From an uncultured Planctomycetaceae bacterium (lineage in GTDB: Bacteria; Planctomycetota; Planctomycetia; Pirellulales; PALSA-1355): 64,000 nucleotides of DNA. A program made the position numbers and the translations under genes. Positions within the stretch are counted from its first letter, which is position 1. The number at the start of each line of letters is the position of its first letter. The stretch is from positions 512,001-576,000 of the forward strand of contig CAWAUV010000004.1 in the NCBI GenBank assembly GCA_963785305.1, given 5' to 3'. Positions 20,673-32,192 of this stretch are shown piece after piece. Under the pieces are notes generated by a model. The model searched no databases and was not told the DNA's origin. It saw only the letters and a program-made list of their open reading frames with translations.

Positions 20673-20769
20673 GCCACGGAAACGCACGGAAATCACGGAG
20701 TAAGAAGCGGAAGGGCATCAATGCCTTCTCCGCGGGTTCTTTCGCATTCTTTCCGAGCGTTTCCGTGGC
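20673..20769. repeat. Intergenic long inverted repeat (REP-like hairpin)
   Basis: GCCACGGAAACGCACGGAAA (20673-20692) pairs 19/20 with TTTCCGAGCGTTTCCGTGGC (20750-20769); inner stem GCGGAAGGGCAT/ATGCCTTCTCCGC. Confidence 0.75.
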
Positions 20770-20782
20770 AAAACTCCGGTCT

Positions 20783-23317
20783 TCAGCGCGGTCGTGGCGG
20801 CTCGACCGGCGGGATTTGGTTTGCCGCCGGCGCGGGAGGAATCGGCCCCGGGCCGCCCGGCAAATCGGCTGGATGGGCCGACACGACCAGCCGCTCTTGG
20901 GCCGGCATCAGGGCGTCGTAGGTGGCCTTCGAGATGATGTAATAGTTGCGGTCGGCCTGCGCTAGCCAACTGCCGAGCCGGTCGTTCGTGCGATTCAACA
21001 GCTCGTCGCGAGCTTTCTTGTCGGCGGCTTCGGCAAGCTCCGGCTGAATCGCGGCTCGGGCCAACATATAAATGCGCTCGCCCTCGGCGGCTGGGGCGGC
21101 GGCGGGTCGCCCTTTCTCTTGCGGCGGCCCCGGCAGGGTTTTGCCGAAATAGAAGTGATAGACGATTCCCTCGCTCGAGCCGAGGAGCAATTCCCCGTTG
21201 GCGGCGAACATCCGCAGGTTGCCGTCGTCGGCGCGAGCCAACACGAAGCCGCGCTCGTTCAGGTCCTTGAGCGCCGCTCGGCCATCGGCCTGTTTGAGCT
21301 GAGGATTGTTGATGTAAAACGCTTCGCCGGCAAGCAGGTCTTGCGCCTGATCGCCAATCACTTCGCGACCCAGCACCGGCAGCCGGCCGACTTCGTTGCG
21401 AACGGCGCGAGCCAGATCATCGTCGATCCGTTCGTTGGGGCCCAGCTTTCGCTCGGCGATCTTGCCGTTTTGGAATTGGCTGAGCTCGAGCAGCGCGACA
21501 CTATCGGGCTCCGGCGCCCGGGAAGTAAAGCGGAACCCGATCTGGCCGCGGAGACTGAGCCCCGCGGCGCGATCATGGAGCGATATCTTATAATCGTTGA
21601 TGTGAATCTCGCGCATCGTGTCGGGCGGCGAAAGAATCAACACCTCGGGGGCCACGGGGCCGGCGCCCGGCGCAACCAGTTCGGTCAGCAGCGCTCGCGC
21701 GATCGAGGGAAACACTTTCACGAATGTCTGTCGCTGGACCGTTCCGCCCGAGACACGCAGCGCTCCCAACACTCGCGAGAGCTCGGGAAATCGCCCCAGC
21801 GCCGTGAGAAAGCTATCTGTTTGCAATCCGCATTCGGCCGCGGCGAGTCGGGCATCGAGTTCTTGATCGAACAAACTGGCCAAGGCCACGATCGGCTCGG
21901 TGTCGCTTAGCGGCGCGCGGCACGCTTCGACGGCGCGTTGAAAACGAGCTTCGTCTTCCTTAAAAAGCGCGGTCAGCGCTTCAGCCTTGGCATAGAGCGC
22001 CAATATCTTGTCGGCTTCGTCGCCGGGATACGAAGCGCGGTTCTCGCTCACCGCCGCTCGAATTTGATCCTGCTTTTCGATCATGCCTTTCGAGTGACAC
22101 GACATGCAGGAAAGTCCATTGCGCACCTCGGGCGGGCGGCCTTTCTTGACCGCTTCCTTGTCGACCACGATCGAGGTCGGCCCGTCGTCGATCCGTTCGC
22201 CGGCGCCATTGACGAGCATGTAACCTTGCAAGCCATTGGGCAGGCTGAAGATGATTTCACCGCCATCTTGAACAAAGCCCGTTTTGCCACCCGGCCCGAG
22301 CGGATGGGAAAACAGATTGCGTTCGTCGGTATTGCCGGCGAAATCGTAGCTTTTCCAGTAATATCCGGCGGCCGACGGATGTCGCTCGATCATGCGGTTG
22401 TTGTGCGACACACCCGAGCCGTTGAAGCCGGCCCGCGCGGCGATTTCGCGTTTGAGGTTGTCTTGCACATCGACTTCGAGCTGCTTCTCCAGTTCGGCGT
22501 CGGTGCGAGGAATTTGCAAAATGTCGTGGTACAAAGGCGGATGCGAGGCCGTGGCCACGAACCAATCGGCGCACACCGCCGGCTGCGAACTGCTAGTGAG
22601 CTTATAGACCTCGGGCCAATCGCCATCGCTCAACGGAAGTCCATAGGGATTGGCGGCGGTGACTTTGTCCCAGATGCTCGCGTTCCAGCGATAATCGCGC
22701 AGATCGACTCGCAAGATCGTGCCTTGCGGATCGATCGGCGCCGGAATCACGATCTTGGCGCCGCGCGAAAGGCTGTTGACCAGTTTCGAGAGGCCATTGC
22801 GATAGGATTGAAGCTCGTCGGCCCCGCGGCCGGCATTATAAAGGTGCGTCAGCGTGAAGTAGCGCAGCTCGCCGCGCAAGCGCGGGTTGGCCTTTTCTAG
22901 ATCGGCGCGAATCAATTGGGCCATGTCTTGGGGCGAAATGAATTCGCGCGGGCCTTGCGAGGATTCGAAGTCGCCGGCGCCCGCGGCGATCCACTTACGC
23001 AGCACGTCGATCTCCTCGGCCGTGGGACGGCGCTTCACGTCTTCCGGCGGCATCTCTCCCTCGATGATCCGCTTGAGCATCCGCGAATGCTCGGGATCGC
23101 GCGACGCGATCATCTTGCGGGCCACGAGCTGCGGAACCTGCATCACGAAGTTGAAGCCGCCTTCGACGGTTCCATCGCGACCGTGGCATTCATGGCAATG
23201 CGTGGCCAATACCTGCCGGGCTCGCTGGGCGAGCGATGGCTCGGCCTGGGCCGCGCCCGACGAAGCGGCGGAAACGACCAGACCAAGGAGTCCGAGATAT
23301 TGCAGTAAGCGTCGCAT
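20783..23317 (-). CDS. Secreted c-type cytochrome domain protein (two CxxCH) with a large uncharacterised domain
   Basis: Signal peptide MRRLLQYLGLLGLVV...AQA; HCHECHG...EMPP...WIAAGA (planctomycete cytochrome c); second heme motif SCMSCH; conserved-looking blocks RAGFNGSGVS, YYWKSYDF, DGGEIIFSLPNGLQGY. Confidence 0.8.
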   Translation of the reverse strand: MRRLLQYLGLLGLVVSAASSGAAQAEPSLAQRARQVLATHCHECHGRDGTVEGGFNFVMQVPQLVARKMIASRDPEHSRMLKRIIEGEMPPEDVKRRPTAEEIDVLRKWIAAGAGDFESSQGPREFISPQDMAQLIRADLEKANPRLRGELRYFTLTHLYNAGRGADELQSYRNGLSKLVNSLSRGAKIVIPAPIDPQGTILRVDLRDYRWNASIWDKVTAANPYGLPLSDGDWPEVYKLTSSSQPAVCADWFVATASHPPLYHDILQIPRTDAELEKQLEVDVQDNLKREIAARAGFNGSGVSHNNRMIERHPSAAGYYWKSYDFAGNTDERNLFSHPLGPGGKTGFVQDGGEIIFSLPNGLQGYMLVNGAGERIDDGPTSIVVDKEAVKKGRPPEVRNGLSCMSCHSKGMIEKQDQIRAAVSENRASYPGDEADKILALYAKAEALTALFKEDEARFQRAVEACRAPLSDTEPIVALASLFDQELDARLAAAECGLQTDSFLTALGRFPELSRVLGALRVSGGTVQRQTFVKVFPSIARALLTELVAPGAGPVAPEVLILSPPDTMREIHINDYKISLHDRAAGLSLRGQIGFRFTSRAPEPDSVALLELSQFQNGKIAERKLGPNERIDDDLARAVRNEVGRLPVLGREVIGDQAQDLLAGEAFYINNPQLKQADGRAALKDLNERGFVLARADDGNLRMFAANGELLLGSSEGIVYHFYFGKTLPGPPQEKGRPAAAPAAEGERIYMLARAAIQPELAEAADKKARDELLNRTNDRLGSWLAQADRNYYIISKATYDALMPAQERLVVSAHPADLPGGPGPIPPAPAANQIPPVEPPRPR

Positions 23318-23631
23318 GGTGATGCCTCCGTCGAACGCGTTTGGGGCCCCCTCTTTGGAGCCGAGAATTAGATGATTGCAAAAAGTCGTGGGTCCGGTCA
23401 AATAAATCTTGGAAAATCGCCCACCGCGCTAGGATTTTGGCGTCCGACTGTTCGTTCGCCGGCCCGAGACGATGTAAGCGCGAGCTCCAATCCCGCGATT
23501 CAACCTGGAAAACGTGCGACGAGCGCGAAAATTCCTGGGCGGTTCGGAAGATTTCGGCCGCTGGCCCGTTTTCCCTTGCACGCGACGCCGCATGCTTGAC
23601 GGCGATTCGCCGCGTGCCGAAACTTGGAGCC

Positions 23632-24210
23632 ATGGCCGATGTCACTCAAACTACTCCGACCGACGACGCGCTTTGCGAACTGCTCGCCGCGCGCGAGCAT
23701 TCGCCCGCGGCCACCAGCCAAGCCCATTGGGCCTGCGGAGTGCTCTACGACCGCCATGCTCGCGGCGTGTTGGCGTTTCTGGCGTCGCGCAGCTCGCGAA
23801 CCGAGGCCGACGATTTGCATCAGGCGGTTTGGCAACGTGTCTGGCAGTCGGCGGGAACCGGCTTTCGCGGCGGCAATTTTCGGGCATGGTTGTTTCAGAT
23901 TGCCCGGAATCTGCTCATCGACGAGCGGCGGAAGAAGCGGCCCCAATCGCTCCCGGAAGCGCACGACGACGCCGACCACGGGGCATCGCGGCCCGACGAT
24001 ATCCTGCTTGATCGCGAACGGATGCAAACCCTGGCCGAGTGTCTGGAAAAATTGGAAAGCACGGCCGGCGCTCTCATCCGCTCGCGGTTACGCGGCGAAA
24101 GCTACGAAGGGATTTGCGAACAGTTGAAGCTCACTGCGCATCGAGCCCATCGATTGCTGCACACCGCGAAACAGCAACTTCAAACCTGCGTGAATCGGTC
24201 CGAAGCATGA
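23632..24210 (+). CDS. ECF RNA polymerase sigma-70 factor
   Basis: LYDRHARGVLAF, ADDLHQAVW, FRAWLFQIARNLLIDERR, region 4 GESYEGIC. Confidence 0.85.
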   Translation: MADVTQTTPTDDALCELLAAREHSPAATSQAHWACGVLYDRHARGVLAFLASRSSRTEADDLHQAVWQRVWQSAGTGFRGGNFRAWLFQIARNLLIDERRKKRPQSLPEAHDDADHGASRPDDILLDRERMQTLAECLEKLESTAGALIRSRLRGESYEGICEQLKLTAHRAHRLLHTAKQQLQTCVNRSEA

Positions 24211-25152
24211 AACTCCATTTGGTCGACATGCCCGACGAGCCGGCGGCCCTCGCCCGCTGGCTCGACGAGCGGCTCGTGAGCGCCGAGCTGGGCGAATGGA
24301 TCGCCGAGCTGATGGTTGCCCATGATGCGCCGTCGGCCGCGCTCGGGCGCCGCCGGAAGCGCTTGCCTCGGATTGGCTCGGGCCGGATCGCGATTCGGTG
24401 CTCGCGCGCGGTTTGCGGGCGCTCGAGGCCGAGAGGCTTTCGCAATTGCTTGCCGAGCCGAAGCTATTCGCCGGACTTCAAGAACTTGCGCTGGTCGAAG
24501 GCGGCCCGTATTGGAATGATCTACTCGCCCAACGGCGCGAATTCGACGATCTCTTGGCCAGCGGAAGGCGATCGCTGGGCGAGGCAGGCAACCCGCGATT
24601 GCATCGCGATGCTTCGATGGCATCGCCGATCGATACACGTCCAGCGCCGGCTGGTGGTGGCTCGCATTGGACGCGGACGATCGCCACCGTGCTCGCGACC
24701 GCGGCGGTCATGCTCGTGGCGTTTTCGGTCCGTGAGGCGAACCGCCCGCTTCCCGCTCCGGCCGCGGTGGCGTCGGGTTGGGGCTGGAATCGCCCCGACG
24801 CGCTCCAGGCCCCGGCATCGACCACGCCGGGCCAATACCTCGAGCAGTTGGCGCTCGGGCGCAAGCATGGTTCAACAAGCGTCCCGACGACGCAGCGGCC
24901 GTCGCTCAACGGATTCTCGAACTGCGCCAAGGCTGCTCGCGGATATTGCTGTCGGCCCACGCTCCCCTGGCGCCGGCCGATCGCGAGTGGCTCAAAGAGC
25001 GCTGCCGGGTCTGGGCCGCGAAGTTCGACGAGCAGGTGGCCGCGATCGAACGTGGCGACGACCCGCTTCAGGTGCGCGAGCAAACCGACGCGACGGTTCG
25101 CAAACTGATCGACGCCCTTAAGGCCCGCTCCCAAAAAACGGCGACCGGCTGA
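24207..25152 (+). CDS. Putative membrane anti-sigma factor; frameshifts near 24345 and 24860
   Basis: ATGA overlap with the sigma gene; MKLHLVDMPDEP...WLDERLV, then LQELALVEGGPYW, TM helix IATVLATAAVMLVAF, WGWNRP, then AWFNKRPD...CRVWAAKFD in three successive frames. Confidence 0.6.
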
Positions 25153-25415
25153 CGGATTTGGCGCCGTTCTCCCAGCGGGCGGGGGCTGTTGCGGAGCGGA
25201 TTGAACTGCCCCGGGGCGAGCAACACTGGCCGCCGCGCCGATCTTGCCCATTTTTTCTTCGCGGCCGCTTGCATCGCGATTTGCCGGGAATTATAAATCA
25301 CACAATCGTTCAATCGTTTGAGCGTATATGTGTTTGAACGTTAGAGCGATCGCCCGGCCCGCTCGCCTCCCTCCGGATCGAACCCCCCGCCCGACTGAAC
25401 CAACACGAGGTCGTC

Positions 25416-26542
25416 ATGCGCATTCGTCGCTCGATCGCGCCAGGCATGTTGCTGGCGAGTTGCTTGTCACTATCCGCCGCCTTGGCCCGGGCCGATGTGT
25501 GGGTGTCATCGTATTTCCAATACGACCCCACGACCCAAGCCGTCGGCGCGCTGCTCGATTATTCGAACTCGGGAACGCTTCTCGGTTCCTACGACAACGC
25601 CAACTTGCTGCAATATGCCACGGGCGTCGTCGCCGGGCCGAATAACATGCTTTATCTCACCAGTCCGGGAACCCTCTCGGTGGTGCAATTCAATCCGGCC
25701 ACGGATGCGTTTTCGAATTTCGCCGTCGGCTCGCCGGCGACGGGTCCGCAATATCCAACGTCGCCGGTCGTGGGGCCCGATGGAAATCTCTATGTCGCCG
25801 ACGCGGGAAGCAACAATGTTTATGCCTACAGTTTTTCGAATCCCTCGACGCCGACCATCATTCCGGGCGTGCCCAGTGGCGACTATGTCGGATCGATCGC
25901 GTTTTCTCCCAGCGGCGCATTGACGGTCGGCGACAATTCGACCGGCGCGATCTACAACCTGCCGAGCACCGGCACATCCGCGACGCCGTCCTATGCGGCG
26001 CCTTCGCCAGCCACGCAACTGGGCGAAGCGGGAAACACCATCGTCTATCCGTCGGGCCTTTTGTGGCACGGCAACGACTTATATATCTCCCAGCTCGGCG
26101 GCAACGGCGTCAACCAGTCGCCGAACAGCGGTCCGGGACAAATTCTCGAGCTCAGCTATGGTTCGAGCTTGAGCAATGTGCCCACGGCCACGACGCTCGC
26201 GCTCGCGGTTCCGCCCCAGCAGGGCGCGGATAGTAGCTACGACGCCTCAGCCTCGCCGGCGGGCATGATTCCCGATGGCACGGGCAAGGGTTTCTATTTG
26301 GCCTTTTTCGGACCGTCGGACTATTACCCGGAGGGCGGCGTCATGGACGTGACCTATGGTCTCACGTCGACGAGCTACTTTATCGCGCCTTATCCCAACG
26401 GCGCCGGCATCTTCGCGCCGGGCGGTCTGGCGATCACTCCGGTTCCCGAGCCTTCGTCATGGGCGCTGCTGTGCATGGGATTGATCGCGCTGGCGCTGTG
26501 CGCTGGAATCGATCGCGGCGGCGAGCGGTTGCCTTCGATTGA
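25416..26542 (+). CDS. PEP-CTERM sorting-domain surface protein (beta-propeller-like); probable frameshift near 26500
   Basis: Signal peptide; GPDGNLYVAD repeat-like motifs; VPEPSSWALLCMGLIALA; the expected basic tail WNRSRRRAVAFD* lies in an adjacent frame ending at 26542. Confidence 0.8.
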
Positions 26543-26584
26543 ATCCGCCGGAAAGCCGACGGAGTGTTTTCGCCGGCGCGAGCG

Positions 26585-27779
26585 ATGGAAACGGGTGCGC
26601 TATCGCTTTTTGGACAAGGCGCCATCGGCGGTCGCGTTTTCGAGCGTGGTTGCTTCCCTGGGGGATGCGTGAATGGGGCGCGGCCAACAACATCGTCCGC
26701 GATTTCGCCAGTATACGCGCCGGGCGCCGGTCGCCTGAGTCGTTTTCGCCATGTGAACCGCGGGCGGCTCGCATTCACGCTGGTCGAGCTACTGGTCGTG
26801 ATTGCGATCATTGGCGTGCTGATCGCGCTATTGTTGCCGGCGGTGCAGGCCGCCCGCGAAGCGGCCCGTCGCGCCAGTTGCGCCAACAATCTCAAGCAAA
26901 TTGGCCTCGCCACTCAGAATTTCTATAGCGCGCATTGCAGCATGCCCCCGGGCGCCACGGCCAAAGCTTGGTCCGATGCGCCAGCCAATCCTTGGACCTT
27001 CTATCGCTGGTCGACGCTCGCGCATCTGACGCCGTTCATGGAAAACGCCAATGTTCAGAACGCGCTTGACATGACCCTGCCCATGTACGGCCCGAATCTG
27101 GCCATTACGCCGCAAAATGCCCCGGGCCTTGCGCTGGTCGTGAACGAGTTCCTGTGTCCCACGGATTTGGGCGGCGTGGTGGCGACGGGCTTTGGGCCGA
27201 CGAACTATGCGGCCTGCGCCGGAAGCGGCAGCGGCGCTGGCCCGGGCGGCGCACCGCCAACCGGCTACGCCGGTAGTCCCTGGCAAACCGATGGTATTTT
27301 CTATGTCAACTCCGCCACCACCTTCCGGCAGATTACCGACGGCACGAGCAAGACGGTTGCCTTTTCGGAAAGCGTGTTGGGCAATGCGACGCCCGGGTCC
27401 GCCACGGATCCGCTGACCGATTACATCTACGCCGAGGGCGCCCCGATGCTCGCCAGCAACTGGCGCGATCTAGCCAATGGAATTACACCCTGCCCCGCGG
27501 CTTCTCTTGGGCCGATGGCGAATTTCGCTGCGGGCTATTCAATCACTTTTATGGCCCCAACTCCACGCAAGCCGATTGCATTGGAGTGAACGTGGGCGGC
27601 GGAACCCAGGTCGAATTCACGGCCTTCGGCTGCGCGCTGCCCGCGGCCGGCACCCGGGCGGACTCAACACCGCGTTTGCCGACGGCTCGGTGGCCTACCT
27701 CGGCGAGGAGATATCCCTGCTGCTCTGGCAAGCCCATGCGACGCGGGCCGGGAACGAAGTCGTTGCCGTTCCCGATTGA
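26585..27779 (+). CDS. DUF1559 prepilin-type N-terminal cleavage/methylation protein with H-X9-DG motif; frameshifts near 27460 and 27630; start uncertain
   Basis: [69 protein letters not shown] in ORF 27477-27779. Confidence 0.9.
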
Positions 27780-27987
27780 GCGCCTGGCATTCGTGATCTC
27801 CCACGCGGTCACTGGAAGTCGGCATGGCATTTGCTTTCATGTCCGCCCTTCAATCGAACGGCGAATCGGTCGCTTGTCGACCAAGCCGTCGAACGGGCGC
27901 CCAGCGACGGCGGACGCTAGGCGACCAATTTGGCTCATAAACGACCGAGATATCTAGCGACGCATCGAACAAGGGACGAACGCCGCG

Positions 27988-29823
27988 ATGGATCCGCTTA
28001 TAAGTTTGGTGGGAATTTTGGTGCTCGGCGTCGCGGCCCAGTGGGTGGCCTGGCGAATCGGTGCGCTGTCGATCTTGCTCCTGCTGGCGGTGGGGCTGCT
28101 TGCCGGGCCAGGACTAGGAATTTTGCATCCCGACGCGCTGCTCGGTTCGCTGCTCCTGCCGGTGGTGTCACTGTCGGTGGCGGTGGTGCTGTTCGAGGGC
28201 GGACTCTCGCTCAAGGTCAAGGAGCTGCGGGCGGTCGGTGGCGTGTTGCTGGGGCTTTCGACCGTGGGAGTGCTCGTTTCCTGGGGCATCGCGGCCCTGG
28301 GGCGCATTATCTCTTGAAGTTCCAGTGGTGCTCGCGGCGGTGCTGGGGGCGATCCTCGTCGTCACCGGGCCCACGGTCATCGGGCCGCTGTTGCGACATA
28401 TGCGCCTCGGTGGGCAGATCGGTTCGCTGCTCAAGTGGGAGGGCATTTTGATCGATCCCGTGGGCGCGGTCCTCGCGGTGCTCGTGTTCACCGCGGTGCG
28501 CTCCGGCGGACTGCGCCAAGCGGCCGGACCCGTGTTTCATGATTTTTTGATGACCGCGCTCGTCGGGGTCGGGCTGGGGGTGGCCGGAGCGGCGGCGCTC
28601 GTGGCGCTGCTCGGCCGATACTGGATTCCCGACTCGCTGCAAAATCCGGCGGTGCTCGCCACCGTGTTTGGCGTGTTTGGGCTCGCGCACTTGGCGCCGG
28701 GCGATGGCGGCCTGATCGCGGTCACCGTGATGGGGATCGTGCTCGCGAATCAGGCGCTCGGTGAGCATTCGGCATTTGATCGAGTTCAAGGAGAATCTGA
28801 CGGTGCTCCTGATCTCGTGCCTGTTTCTCGTGCTCTCGGCGCGGCTCGAGCGCCGCGATCTGGCGAGCCTTGATCTTGGAGTGGTCGCGTTTTTGGGAGT
28901 GCTGGTGTTCGTGGCCCGTCCGCTGGCGGCGCTCGCGTCGAACGATTCGGTTCGAAGCTTTCCTGGCGCGAGCGGTTGTTTCTTTGCGCGATGGCGCCGC
29001 GAGGGATCGTGGCCGCGGCCGTGACTTCGGTGTTCGCGATCGAGTTCACGCGCTCCGGCCTCGCCGACGCCGCGCGGCTGCCGCCGATCGTGTTCGCCGT
29101 CATCATTGGCACGGTGCTGCTCTATGGCCTGAGCGCCGCGCCCTCGGCGCGGCGCTTGGCCTGGCGCGGCCCAATCCGCAAGGAGTGTTGCTCGTGGGAG
29201 CGCATGCGTGGTCGCGGGCGATCGCCCACGCGCTCAAGACCGAAGGCTGCCCGGCGACACTGGTCGATTCCGACTGGTCGAATGTGGCGCTGGCCCGGCA
29301 GGCGGGTCTAAAAACGTTTTTCGGCAGCATCCTCTCGGAACACACGCTCGACGAGATCGCGGTCGGCGAATTGGGCCGGCTGATGGCGATCACGCCCAAC
29401 GACGAAGCCAACTCGCTCGCTTGCTTGCGGTTCATGCATATCTTCGGACGACGCGAAGTGTACCAAATACCCTTCACGGCCCCCGCGGCCGGACGACGCG
29501 AGGCGGTGTCGCTCGACCAGCGCGGCCGCATGCTTTTCGACCCCGCGATGACGCTCCCGAAACTGTGTGAACAATTCGGCGACGACCCAAGCCTCGGCGC
29601 CACTCGGCTCACCGAGGAGTTCGACTATCAAGCATTTCGCCGGTTGCATGGCGACAACAAACTACCGTTGTTCTTGCTCAAGCCCACGGGCGAGATGGCG
29701 CCCTTCGTGGCCGGCGAGGAACTCGATCCGCGACCCGGGCACACGGTCATCAGCGCCACCCGGCTCGCGAGTGTCGAGGCGCCTCCCGTCGTCGCGGCGC
29801 CGGAACCGGCGGCTTGTACATGA
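27988..29823 (+). CDS. NhaP-type (CPA1) sodium/proton antiporter with C-terminal TrkA-N-like domain; several frameshifts
   Basis: Successive frames give VAVVLFEGGLSL, VTGPTVIGPLLR, KWEGILIDPVGA, FKENLTVLLIS, MAPRGIVAAAV, NPQGVLLVGAH, AITPNDEANSL. Confidence 0.85.
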
Positions 29824-29910
29824 ATTTGTCGCTCGACCGGCGCGGCCGTCGGATGCGAGCAGCTTTCGAAGCAAGGTCCCGTATTAACTCAGGAAACGAA
29901 GGACGAACCC

Positions 29911-31026
29911 ATGCGATTCTATCAATGTGCCTGCGAAAACACGCTGTTTTTCGATAATAGTCAATGCCTTTCTTGCGGGCGCGAAGTGGGGTATTGCTCC
30001 CAGTGCCGCGAGATCGCGGCGCTCGAGCCGATCGAAGCCGGCAAGTACCGCTGCACGAAGCCCGACTGCGGCGCCGAGCTCGTGAAGTGCAAAAATTACT
30101 CGCTGCACAATGTTTGCAATCGTTGCGTGGCGGTGGATAACAATCACGACGAGGGCCTGTGCGATTGCTGCCGGTTCAACGACACGATTCCCGATCTCAC
30201 GGTCCAAGGCAACCTGGCCAAGTGGTATCGCCTCGAAGCGGCCAAGCGGCGGTTATTTTATGATCTCGGCCAATTGGGCCTGCCTTTTGGCACGGCGGCC
30301 GACGGCATCGATCCGCCGTTGAGCTTCGACTTCAAAGCCGATTTTTTGTCGCCCGAGGACCTCTGGCGCGGCGGCGACGAGGGCGAAAAAGTGTTCACCG
30401 GCCACGACCAAGGCCGCATTACGATCAACGTTCGCGAGGCCGACTCGGCCTGGCGCGAAAAGCAGCGGGTCGACATGCGCGAATCCCATCGCTCGTTGAT
30501 CGGACACTTTCGCCATGAGATCGGCCATTACTACTGGGACCTGCTCGTCAAAGGCCGCCGCGAGGACGAATCGCGCGCCGTGTTCGGCGACCACGACAAC
30601 CCCACGTATCCAGACGCTCTCGCGCAACACTATCAAAACGGCCCGCCAGTCGACTGGAAAGAGCGCTTCATCAGCTCGTACGCCACGATGCATCCTTGGG
30701 AAGACTTCGCCGAAACCTGGGCGGCGTATCTCGATATGTGCAGCATGCTCGACACGGCCCAAAGCGTGGGATTCGGCGGCGAGTCCGACCCGGTCAATGC
30801 CGATCTGGACTTCATGATCCGGCGCCATCAGCAGCTTGGCATTGCTTGCAATGAAATGAATCGCAACATGGGGCTGCTCGATGCCGTGCCGCAGATTTTC
30901 GTGCGGCCGGTCGTCGAGAAGATGCGATTCGTGCATTCGCTGGTGCTCGATGCGCGAGCCCAAAACGGCGCGCTCGGCGGTCAAACCTCGGCCGCGACGG
31001 CGCCGCAACCGGTCGGCGCGGCGTGA
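29911..31026 (+). CDS. Zinc-ribbon + putative zinc-binding metallopeptidase (DUF2248-like)
   Basis: Cys-rich N-terminus (CACENTLFFDNSQCLSC); GHFRHEIGHYYW (HExxH); YATMHPWEDFAETWA. Confidence 0.85.
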   Translation: MRFYQCACENTLFFDNSQCLSCGREVGYCSQCREIAALEPIEAGKYRCTKPDCGAELVKCKNYSLHNVCNRCVAVDNNHDEGLCDCCRFNDTIPDLTVQGNLAKWYRLEAAKRRLFYDLGQLGLPFGTAADGIDPPLSFDFKADFLSPEDLWRGGDEGEKVFTGHDQGRITINVREADSAWREKQRVDMRESHRSLIGHFRHEIGHYYWDLLVKGRREDESRAVFGDHDNPTYPDALAQHYQNGPPVDWKERFISSYATMHPWEDFAETWAAYLDMCSMLDTAQSVGFGGESDPVNADLDFMIRRHQQLGIACNEMNRNMGLLDAVPQIFVRPVVEKMRFVHSLVLDARAQNGALGGQTSAATAPQPVGAA

Positions 31027-31233
31027 GTCGCTCCGCGGGATGCGCTTCGAGCACCGCGCTCGCGACCATGGTTTGTTCGCGCGAAATCAATTGCGCCGGC
31101 CGGTCCCGGTTCAAGCCTGACGGTCGCCGACGCCGATAATGCTCAACGAATCGCGCTCCCGGCGCGCGATTGCATCGGCTTGTGGAGGCACGGACGCCTT
31201 GAAGGGCCCCAAGATGGGGCGGAGGCAAGCACT

Positions 31234-31869
31234 GTGAGCAAGTTTCAAAGACTTCGTTTGGCGACGATTGCAATGCTGGCTTGCGGCGCAAGCAGCGCCA
31301 TGCTTCGGGCCGACGATCCCAATGTCAGCTATGTTCAAGAAAACGGCGTGACCTATCGCGTCACCCGGCAGCCGACGCAGCACCCCGTTACCGAGACACA
31401 TCTCGAGACGCGCGAGTCGACGATCTATCAAACCCATGTCACCACGGAAATGCAGACCACGGCCCGCACCTTTCCGGTGGCGGTGACGGAGTATCACTGG
31501 CAGCCGGTGTATCGGCGTTCGTGGAATGTGTTCGCGCCTCCCACGCTGAGCTACGAACTCGTGCCCGAGACTCGCTGGGAAACCCGCAGCGACACGGTGC
31601 AAACGCCGGTTACGCGGAGCGTGGTGGCGCCGGTGAAGGTCAGCCAGACCGTGCCGGTCACTTCGCAACGGGTCTATTCGGGCGAGATCGTGAGCAAGGT
31701 GCCGGTGGGGCCCATTGCGGGGGGCGCGGCGAATGTCGCGGCGGCTCCTGGCTCGCCCGCGGCCACGGTGGCCGATCGCTCGGCGGTGGGCGGCATCTAC
31801 AAGCTCGACAACGATCCTCCTCGTAGCGGCGCCTCGTGGCATCCGACGACCGATTCGCTGCGGCGGTGA
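31234..31869 (+). CDS. Secreted hypothetical protein (Thr/Val-rich)
   Basis: GTG after GGAGG; signal-like N-terminus; YQTHVTTE...PVAVTEYHWQP...WNVFAPP...VPETRWE. Confidence 0.65.
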   Translation: MSKFQRLRLATIAMLACGASSAMLRADDPNVSYVQENGVTYRVTRQPTQHPVTETHLETRESTIYQTHVTTEMQTTARTFPVAVTEYHWQPVYRRSWNVFAPPTLSYELVPETRWETRSDTVQTPVTRSVVAPVKVSQTVPVTSQRVYSGEIVSKVPVGPIAGGAANVAAAPGSPAATVADRSAVGGIYKLDNDPPRSGASWHPTTDSLRR

Positions 31870-32192
31870 TCGGGCCAACCGGGATTTGCCGTGCTAGCGG
31901 TCGATGCTGGCAGGGCTTCGCGCGGGCTGCGGGGGCCACTCGCTCTCGGCATTGCGTCGAGTTTCGAGACACGGCGCGATTGTGTCTTGATCGTGCGCGC
32001 GAGGGCAAGCATTGCTGGCGTTTACATTGTGCGCGCCACCTTGCGATTTCTGGCTTTTACCGCAAGCGGCGCCGTGGATTACGTCGATTCCGGCATAGCT
32101 TGCGCGATCGGGGAGCGATACAATTCCCGCCCGCGTTTCCCCCAGGGAGCGATCTCCCCCGATGATAAGGATTTAACATCGCTAGGCTTTCG

